This document shows positions 9,901 to 15,959 of a stretch of DNA of 64,000 bases, piece by piece. A program made the translations under genes and the position numbers. Numbering within the stretch: position 1 is the stretch's first letter; every line of letters starts with the position of its first letter. A model generated the notes under the pieces. It worked only from the letters and a program-made list of their open reading frames with translations. It had not been told where the DNA came from and searched no databases. The stretch is from contig CAZDBA010000003.1 in the NCBI GenBank assembly GCA_964503615.1, positions 216-64,215 on the forward strand, read 5' to 3'. The DNA is from an uncultured Pirellulaceae bacterium (GTDB lineage: Bacteria; Planctomycetota; Planctomycetia; Pirellulales; Pirellulaceae).

Positions 9901-10044
9901 GGATTCTGGCCGCCGTTGGCGATCGCAATTGCAGGAGGGGTAACCGGCGCAACGATTCTGGCACTTTACTTCGTGCCCGCGACATACATGCTGATGATGC
10001 GATTTAAAGTTGGCGAGCAACCAGTGGTCGCCAGTCAAGCTTAA
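6949..10044 (+). CDS. efflux RND transporter permease (AcrB/AcrD/AcrF family)
   Basis: 1031 aa with the 12-TM RND layout and two large periplasmic loops. Typical LIIALGLLIDNAIVIVD and GLVGVAINDSIVV motifs. Confidence 0.9.
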   Translation: MDNLFYKNRRLLVLVIGLVAVSGLSSYFVLPRLEDPELRQRAAIVTIQFPGANAERVESLVTERIEKALEEIDELRLTRSASRNEFSTITMELADFVSDDVDEIWSRVRDKISDVTPLLPEGATTPLFRNMKFKAYAMLVGVKWTHPSETNHLILRRTAERLEDKLRRLYGTEEIDLFGAPEEEIAIELDHQKLAALGLTPAEVAFAISESDAKVSAGGLRSDTNEMVVEVESEFESLAAILETPIRTTGGTIRLSDIGTISKGVRSPPLTQSLVKGQDAIVVGAFVQSHHRIDHWNDRALVALDEFEASLPDGIVLDRMFFQTDYVRARFSTLLSNLGLGALAVTLVILLMMGWRSAVVVGLALPFSGAMVLAGLRYFEVPMHQMSVTGLIIALGLLIDNAIVIVDEVRNRLKDGLPPSNAISASVRHLAIPLFGSTFTTALAFAPLILMPGPAGEFVGAIGLSVILAVGSSLFISLTIIPSIYGLIERVESLHGSGAWWQRGIGSELLFTGYRKTLNFVFSYPLVAIGFGLALPVLGFFQMSTLPEQFFPASDRDQIKMSLVLPAQASISQTATAARRAREIAMDYPEVKRVDWFIGETAPAFYYNMLPLRNNQPNYAQAFVQLKSDQGVDEVVNRLQADIEKEVTAATVLVQKLEQGPPVDAPILLRIFGDDLVTLREIGEELRLIISQIGGVVANQSESSNVNSKYQLDVDQDLARLAGLTHEDIARQLSSALDGTIGGSLLESTEELPVRVKLKREQRVDPEYLNSLEMIVRGPMGEVNRVPVSSIGQWKLVPNDAVIERLNGFRFNEIQVNVEAGMLPSVVAEKFRERLKESDFELPQGYKMNLAGESTERDRAVGHLLASAGVLVVLMAAGLVLSFQSFRIAAQIVAVAVLSVGIGFFALWFFGKPFGFTAIIGIMGLVGVAINDSIVVLAALQENEKAKRGEVEAVSQVVFHSTRHVLSTTLTTIAGFVPLILSGGGFWPPLAIAIAGGVTGATILALYFVPATYMLMMRFKVGEQPVVASQA

Positions 10045-10054
10045 GCTTGGGCGC

Positions 10055-11119
10055 TTAGCCGCCCAGCATCTTTGCGATCCCTTCGCGAGTGACCGGGTTA
10101 ACCACACCTCGCTCCGTGATGATCGCTTCGATGTATTCAGCTGGAGTAACGTCGAAGGCGGGATTGTAGACCTCGACGCCCTCGGGTGCAGTTTGTTTTC
10201 CAAACCCGTGCGTAATCTCTTCGCTTTTTCTTTCTTCGATCGGAATCGAATCTCCCGTTTCCAATTCCAGATCAAACGTACTGCTGGGGGCAGCAATGTA
10301 GAACGGGATGTTGTGAGCTCGTGCGAGGACCGCGATCGAGTAAGTGCCGATCTTGTTCGCAGAATCGCCATTGGCGGCGATCCGATCCGCGCCTGTGACA
10401 ACCGCTTGCACACGTCCCTCTCGCATCACCTGTGCAGCCATTGAATCGCAAATAAGGGTTGCTCGGATACCGCGTTGCATCAATTCCCACGCAGTCAATC
10501 TCGCGCCTTGCAAAAGAGGTCGCGTTTCATCTACGTAGACGTGCAGGTCGTGCCCGTTGTCTTGGGCCGTAAAAAACACGCTGAGCGCCGTGCCGTATTC
10601 AGCGGTTGCCAACCCGCCTGCATTACAATGAGTCAGCACGCCGCTGACGTCACTAAGCAAGGCAGCGCCATGTTTTCCGATTGAGTGACACATGTCTCGA
10701 TCTTCGGCATGGATCGCACGCGCTTCGGCCAACAGTTTTTCGCGGACCTGCGCTGGATCGGCGTCCGGCTCAGCAGCGCCCACTTTTCGCATTCGATTCA
10801 AGGCCCAAAATAGATTGACAGCAGTGGGGCGGCTGGTTGCCAGGTATTCACAGACTTCTAACAGCCGTGCTTGGAACACAGCACTATCATCGTCAGATAC
10901 CGTTTGTAAGCCGACAATTACGCCATAGGCTGCTGCGATTCCGATCGCAGGCGCACCTCGGACTCGCAACATCTTGATCGCTTCCCAAACCGCCTCGACC
11001 GTTTTGCAATCGATTTGAATCAGTTCGGTTGGAAGCTTGGTCTGGTCAACCAAAATCAGGAATCCTGAAGTGTCTTCACTCCAGTCAATATGCTTTGGGC
11101 GTTGTGCAGTTTGTGTCAT
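10055..11119 (-). CDS. mtnA: S-methyl-5-thioribose-1-phosphate isomerase
   Basis: eIF-2B alpha/beta/delta-like fold: RGAPAIG, THCNAG, VVTGADRIAANGDSANKIGTY. Confidence 0.85.
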   Translation of the reverse strand: MTQTAQRPKHIDWSEDTSGFLILVDQTKLPTELIQIDCKTVEAVWEAIKMLRVRGAPAIGIAAAYGVIVGLQTVSDDDSAVFQARLLEVCEYLATSRPTAVNLFWALNRMRKVGAAEPDADPAQVREKLLAEARAIHAEDRDMCHSIGKHGAALLSDVSGVLTHCNAGGLATAEYGTALSVFFTAQDNGHDLHVYVDETRPLLQGARLTAWELMQRGIRATLICDSMAAQVMREGRVQAVVTGADRIAANGDSANKIGTYSIAVLARAHNIPFYIAAPSSTFDLELETGDSIPIEERKSEEITHGFGKQTAPEGVEVYNPAFDVTPAEYIEAIITERGVVNPVTREGIAKMLGG

Positions 11120-11162
11120 GAAATTCCTGAACGTTCTTCTAAGTGGCCTGGGCTTTTTGCTC

Positions 11163-11203
11163 TGGTTCGTTTGTTGTGCTTAGGCACATTCGATCACATC
11201 TTT
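11163..11203. repeat. direct repeat copy 1 (duplicated tail of the CYTH gene)
   Basis: TGGTTCGTTTGTTGTGCTT + AGGCACATTCGATCACATCTTT. The second block is 22/22 identical to 12951-12972. Confidence 0.85.
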
Positions 11204-11350
11204 ACCATTGTTGTCTAGCGGCACCGTTAGGTTTGGAGAGTTCTCGGCAAATGCCGCGTCATTACCGGCGGAGATAGCAGAATTGCAGAGTCTGGAGGGT
11301 CGAAAATCGGGCGATGAGCGAGATTTTCGGAGAGGGCAAACCCATGCCCC
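11180..11350 (-). pseudogene. remnant of a CYTH-gene 3-prime end, lying in frame directly after the AAA+ ATPase stop codon
   Basis: 56 sense codons follow TGA (11351-11353) and end ...FAENSPNLTVPLDNNGKDVIECA*. Compare the CYTH C-terminus ...FAAELMSQLDIDSKDVIECAYIDLL. Confidence 0.45.
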
Positions 11351-12820
11351 TCAATGCCCTGAGCTGGGAAAGCCAAGTGCGGTGGCGGTTAACGTTCCTC
11401 CAATGCCTACTAATTCGTGGATCGCTGCATCCAGGTGTTCGTCTTTGATTTCTACTTGCTCACCAACCGATTTAACTTCGCTCGCTTCTATCGTAAGAAG
11501 AATCGCTCGGTTACATAATTCCTGGATAAAAGCTGGACTTGCTCCCTTTGTTCGCGCAACCCAATGTTCTTGATCGAAAGAAGATTTTAGATCTGCTAGA
11601 AAAAGCTGAAACAACTTTTGTCGGCTGCCCCCATCGGGAAGCGGGAACTCTACGGCTTGCGAAATCCGCCCCGGCCGCGATGCCAAGGCGGATTCAACGA
11701 CCTCGGGGCGGTTGGTCGACATCACAACAACGGTTTCGCTGGACGGCGCAAGGCCATCAAGTTGATTCATCAATTCTTGCAACCCATCAACCCTGCCGGA
11801 TAGCTCTCTTTGAGGAGCCAACAAATCAACGTCCTCGAGGACCATGATCGAGGGTTGCAGGTACTGTCCAAGCCGGAACGCTTCTCGCAGCGTCTCGACG
11901 GCCATGTCAGTGGGCACGATGACGGTGTGTTCTGGGCATTCGGAAATCAACCTGCGAGTTAGTAGCGTTTTCCCGGTTCCGGGCGGGCCGTGAAAAAGGA
12001 GCCCCATCTTTGAGCTTTGGCCGTATTTTTTTAGCTGTTCCTTATGCAGGATCTTTGAATGGATCAAACGTTTAACGACCTGCGTGATTGTGGCAGGAAG
12101 AATGATTTGGTCCTCAGACTGTTCCGGGCGCTGGACGACTCGAATCGCTTGCCCGCTTGTACCATCTCGCGGCGAAGCAATCGTCACCATTTTTCTTCGG
12201 AACACAGACTGATCCGCAGTTTGTGATTTCAGCCATTTTAAAATGTCGTTCGCTTGATCCAAGCCTTCAATACAACACAATTGCAAACTGACGCCTTGCC
12301 CGGTCGCAAAAGTACTCTCTTGGTGATAATCGCGATAACTTTCGTATTCGCTTTTATGGACTTGAACTAAAAACGGCACGTTGTTGAACCGCAACCTGTA
12401 AACTGCGTTCACCGGAACATTGATTATCTGCCCGTCTTCTGCTTCAACCGATTGCCAAGTAACTTTACTGGTAGGCACATCCATATTCTGGAGCGACCTC
12501 AGCTCCCACGAACCACCAACGCCGATAGGTTTCAATTGCTGTTTTTTTCCAAGCGACTCAAGCACTCGGGCATAGTCAACTTCGCGACTTGTCCCAATTT
12601 CCTTGCTAATGAAGGTGAGAGAATGAATCGGCGTTTTTAGATGCTTTTTCGCAAACCGGCGGAGCCCATGAAACCAACTCCAAAGCGAATGCCATGCGCA
12701 TCCACCTCCAACAAAGCAAACTAACACGAGAACACCTGTGCTAGGCCCATAGTCCAACCATGCGATCAACGTCGAAATAATCCCAGAAACAATGATGATA
12801 ATCCAGACAAAGAAGTTCAT
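11351..12820 (-). CDS. membrane-anchored AAA+ ATPase (classical AAA clade, no protease domain)
   Basis: Two N-terminal hydrophobic helices. Walker A GPPGTGKT, Walker B MVLEDVD, second region of homology SRPGRIS. Confidence 0.85.
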   Translation of the reverse strand: MNFFVWIIIIVSGIISTLIAWLDYGPSTGVLVLVCFVGGGCAWHSLWSWFHGLRRFAKKHLKTPIHSLTFISKEIGTSREVDYARVLESLGKKQQLKPIGVGGSWELRSLQNMDVPTSKVTWQSVEAEDGQIINVPVNAVYRLRFNNVPFLVQVHKSEYESYRDYHQESTFATGQGVSLQLCCIEGLDQANDILKWLKSQTADQSVFRRKMVTIASPRDGTSGQAIRVVQRPEQSEDQIILPATITQVVKRLIHSKILHKEQLKKYGQSSKMGLLFHGPPGTGKTLLTRRLISECPEHTVIVPTDMAVETLREAFRLGQYLQPSIMVLEDVDLLAPQRELSGRVDGLQELMNQLDGLAPSSETVVVMSTNRPEVVESALASRPGRISQAVEFPLPDGGSRQKLFQLFLADLKSSFDQEHWVARTKGASPAFIQELCNRAILLTIEASEVKSVGEQVEIKDEHLDAAIHELVGIGGTLTATALGFPSSGH

Positions 12821-12897
12821 TTATTATTTGCTCCAAGTTTGCGTTGCCGGTTAAATCATCAAGGATAAATACCAAGACAGGTGAATCGCATTGGCGA

Positions 12898-13467
12898 TCA
12901 GCGAGAAGTGTTTTGGTTTGTTTGTTGTGCTTGTTCGAGCAAGTCGATGTAGGCACATTCGATCACATCTTTGCTGTCGATGTCTAGCTGCGACATAAGT
13001 TCCGCAGCGAATTCATGACCTTCTGCATGGCTTTGACCGTCACGCAGAACGAATTCGAGCTCGACGAAGTTGCCAAGTCCGATGACAGAATCGAAATGGA
13101 TACGGGTTTGATCAACGATCCACAGTAATCGCTTTTTCTCGACAACGCCTCGCACGCCCATCGCACGATCCAGCGCTGCGATCATCGTTGGAGCTTCGGC
13201 GACCGGACTAATCACATAATCGCTGACTCGAAGTGTCGGATCGTCGTCCCGCTCGTAATGAATTAGCTGGGCTGTGGCTTGCGGAGTGTCTGGGTTGATC
13301 TCACGCAGTTTGAGCCGGCCCTGAGAAGCGTGGAAAAACGTATCGCGTTGGTGCAAAATGGTCGGTTCGCTGCCGGCGATTTCGCGAGCCAGTTGTGACT
13401 GTTGATCGGGTGACTTAAGCCAAGCCTTTACCTCAATGTTTGCGTTACCCGAAGGTTTGAATACCAT
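12898..13467 (-). CDS. CYTH-domain protein (class IV adenylate cyclase / CyaB-like)
   Basis: NIEVKAWL (EXEXK-like), QRDTFF, GRLKLRE, LIHYER, VEKKRLLW, IHFDSVIGLGNFVELE. ATG at 13467 chosen. Confidence 0.75.
   Translation of the reverse strand: MVFKPSGNANIEVKAWLKSPDQQSQLAREIAGSEPTILHQRDTFFHASQGRLKLREINPDTPQATAQLIHYERDDDPTLRVSDYVISPVAEAPTMIAALDRAMGVRGVVEKKRLLWIVDQTRIHFDSVIGLGNFVELEFVLRDGQSHAEGHEFAAELMSQLDIDSKDVIECAYIDLLEQAQQTNQNTSR
12914..12972. repeat. direct repeat copy 2 (inside the CYTH coding tail)
   Basis: TGGTTTGTTTGTTGTGCTT, then 18 extra nt, then AGGCACATTCGATCACATCTTT. Matches 11163-11203. Confidence 0.85.
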
Positions 13468-13543
13468 GGCAGTTTTCTTTGGAATAGAACTAAGATTGAC
13501 AACGGAAAACAACTGTTTGCCATGATCGAATAAGCGAACCTTT

Positions 13544-13579
13544 TTGAATTGAGATTTTGTCCAGCGGAAATCAATTCAA
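13544..13579. promoter_or_regulatory. 9-bp perfect inverted repeat (TTGAATTGA N18 TCAATTCAA) in a divergent intergenic region
   Basis: Arms at 13544-13552 and 13571-13579, between the CYTH gene start and the aminotransferase gene. Confidence 0.3.
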
Positions 13580-13684
13580 ATCCGAATTCGGCGTTCTCTT
13601 TAAGGGCTGACCATTCTATAAAATAGCCCCGTAGACAACGACCCTTAAACTGAGTTTGCTCTGTTTGGTTTTGAACCTGACTTC

Positions 13685-13708
13685 GGAATTCTGGCGAATC
13701 CCACTACG
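13685..13708 (+). repeat. 24-nt interspersed repeat, copy B (GGAATTCTGGCGAATCCCACTACG)
   Basis: Identical to 249-272. Lies 60 nt upstream of the aminotransferase ATG. Confidence 0.8.
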
Positions 13709-13768
13709 ACCGGTTGTCGTGTATTCTACGAGTTTTGAATTACCACAAACTAAAACGATATATTTGCT

Positions 13769-14977
13769 ATGCCCAAGTTCTCTGAAAGAGCTATTAATTT
13801 ACCCGCGTCTCCGATTCGTAAACTGGTTCCGTTTGCAGACGCGGCCAAGGAACGTGGAACCCATGTCTACCATTTGAATATTGGCCAGCCAGACATCGCG
13901 ACTCCACCAGAGTATTTTCAGGCGATCGAAGCTGCGGACATCAAGACGCTTGCTTACAGTCCGTCTGCGGGAACCGATTCGCTGCGCGAGCAAATCGCTG
14001 CCTACTATGGTCGACTGGGACATGCGGTAAGCAACGAACAGGTGATTACAACAACGGGTGCCTCTGAGGCGCTTGGGTTTGTCTTTGCGGCGTTGATGAA
14101 TCCAGGCGATGAAGTGATCGTTCCAGAACCGTTTTATGCAAACTATCTTTCGTTTACTTTGGGCAAAGATGCAAAGATTGTTCCGGTTACATCAAACATC
14201 GATAACAGTTTTGCGCTGCCGCCGATGGAGGCTTTCGAAGCAAAAATCACTGAGCGAACAAAGGCGATTTTGATCTGCAATCCCGGCAATCCAACCGGTG
14301 TGCTCTACCCCGAACAGGCTCTGAACCAATTGGCGGAGATCTGCCAAAAGCACGATCTGTTTTTAATCTCGGACGAAGTGTACCGCGAGTTCGCTTACGA
14401 TGGTTTGACGCACAAAAGTGTTTTGGGTCTTGAGAAGATTCAGGAGAACACGATCGTTGTCGATTCAATCTCGAAGCGGTTTTCAGCTTGTGGAGCTCGG
14501 ATCGGCTGTGTGGTCTCTCGCAACGAGGAGTTGTTGGGGTTGGTGACCAAGATGGCCCAAGCACGACTTTCCCCGCCCACTTTTGGCCAAATTGGAGCGG
14601 CAGCAGTTTACCAGTTACCTGCTGATTACTACGCAAGTGTTGCCAGCGAGTATTCCCAACGCCGGGACTTGCTAAAGTCCGCATTGGACGAAATGGAAGG
14701 CGTGGTTTGTCCCAACGTAAACGGTGCGTTCTATGCCATGGTGCAATTGCCGATCGACGACAGTGAGAAATTCTGCCGCTGGATGTTGGAAGAGTTTCAA
14801 CACGAGAATGCAACCGTCATGATGGCTCCCGCAGGCGGGTTCTACGCGACAGAGGGGCTGGGCGCGAACCAAGTTCGCATCGCTTATGTTCTAAACCAAG
14901 ACGATCTTGCCGCTGCAATGCATTGCTTGAAGATCGGCTTGAGTAAGTACCCCGGTCGAACTACGAATCCGAACTAA
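13769..14977 (+). CDS. pyridoxal-phosphate-dependent aminotransferase (class I, AspC-like)
   Basis: NIGQPD, NPGNPTG, SISKRFSACGARIG (PLP lysine context). About 400 aa. Confidence 0.85.
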   Translation: MPKFSERAINLPASPIRKLVPFADAAKERGTHVYHLNIGQPDIATPPEYFQAIEAADIKTLAYSPSAGTDSLREQIAAYYGRLGHAVSNEQVITTTGASEALGFVFAALMNPGDEVIVPEPFYANYLSFTLGKDAKIVPVTSNIDNSFALPPMEAFEAKITERTKAILICNPGNPTGVLYPEQALNQLAEICQKHDLFLISDEVYREFAYDGLTHKSVLGLEKIQENTIVVDSISKRFSACGARIGCVVSRNEELLGLVTKMAQARLSPPTFGQIGAAAVYQLPADYYASVASEYSQRRDLLKSALDEMEGVVCPNVNGAFYAMVQLPIDDSEKFCRWMLEEFQHENATVMMAPAGGFYATEGLGANQVRIAYVLNQDDLAAAMHCLKIGLSKYPGRTTNPN

Positions 14978-14990
14978 CTCGAGCTCATTC

Positions 14991-15014
14991 AGTCGGCGCT
15001 GGGTGCCGATTTTT
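14991..15014 (+). terminator. weak rho-independent terminator
   Basis: TCGGC / GCCGA stem with a 7-nt loop, followed by TTTTT. Confidence 0.45.
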
Positions 15015-15187
15015 AAACAACGCCGTGTTGACTTCCCGCAAGGTTTGACACTCAGCTTGAATCGCTGGGGAAGTAAATTGTTTTGCGACCTTAGGATTAT
15101 TGCTTGCAGTATTTTTCGAGTTTACAATTGAGATAATGGCAAAGTTCGTTTTAAATTCAAATTCAAATAAAATGGGAGAAGCAATCA

Positions 15188-15532
15188 ATGGTTGTCGTCT
15201 TAGTAGTTCTTTATATAGCAGTTATCGTCCTCATTATCGCGTCGATGTGGATCATATTTGAGAAAGCAGGGGAACCTGGTTGGGCATCGATTATCCCGAT
15301 TTACAACGGGATTGTGTTCCTGAAAATTGTTGGCAAACCGCTTTGGTGGATCCTTTTGTTTTTCATCCCAATTGTTAGTCTTGTCATCGTTATTCTTCTC
15401 TACATTGACCTCGCAAAGAATTTTGGCAAGTCTACTGGGTTTGCGATTGGACTGATTTTTCTTCCATTTGTTTTCTTTCCGATGCTTGCGTTTGGCGATG
15501 CTCGATACCAAGGGGTTAAGACCCAATTTTAA
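15188..15532 (+). CDS. small integral membrane protein, DUF5684-like
   Basis: IFEKAGEPGWASIIPIYNGIVFLKIVGKPLWWILLFFIP and C-terminal FGDARY match my memory of that family. Confidence 0.65.
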   Translation: MVVVLVVLYIAVIVLIIASMWIIFEKAGEPGWASIIPIYNGIVFLKIVGKPLWWILLFFIPIVSLVIVILLYIDLAKNFGKSTGFAIGLIFLPFVFFPMLAFGDARYQGVKTQF

Positions 15533-15588
15533 GAGAACCTGGACTTCCAGCCATTGATGCTTATCAATAAGCCATTTCTCAGCAGTCT

Positions 15589-15851
15589 AAACCGCGTATC
15601 GAAATTCGCTATTGCTCCGCTGTCGAAGGTTACCGCGAGCAAATTGGCTGGTCCAGGAGTTGCTTTCTACTTTTGAATTCGAATTGGCCGAAGTCACATT
15701 GGTTCCGGCCGAATCGGGTGTTTTCGAAGTTATTGCCGCCGGTGCAACGGGTTGTGAACGCAAAAAAGACGTAGGGTTTCCAGCAACTAAACAGCTAAAA
15801 CGTCGAGTTGGCGATGTGATCGCTCCAGAAAAAAGATCTGCGACATTCTGA
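15589..15851 (+). pseudogene. Rdx / SelW-like redox protein gene, frameshifted inside the CxxC motif and lacking a canonical start
   Basis: One frame gives KPRIEIRYCSA. The adjacent frame gives CRRLPRANWLVQELLSTF...GVFEV...KQLKRRVGDVIAPEK. One base is missing between 15620 and 15621 relative to an intact YCSxC. Confidence 0.6.
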
Positions 15852-15959
15852 CATGCGTAGTTCCCCTGCTGGTTCGCTTGGATGTTTCGAGTTTGATTGA
15901 TTCTCCCGCTGAATCCTTTAGACTTGAGAGGTACCTTCTTTCTACGCGAACGGCCGAAC

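Noticed and set aside
9889-10413. 174-aa minus-strand ORF spanning the end of the RND gene and the end of mtnA
   Set aside because: It overlaps two confidently identified genes in other frames. The sequence is Arg/Ser-rich and non-protein-like.
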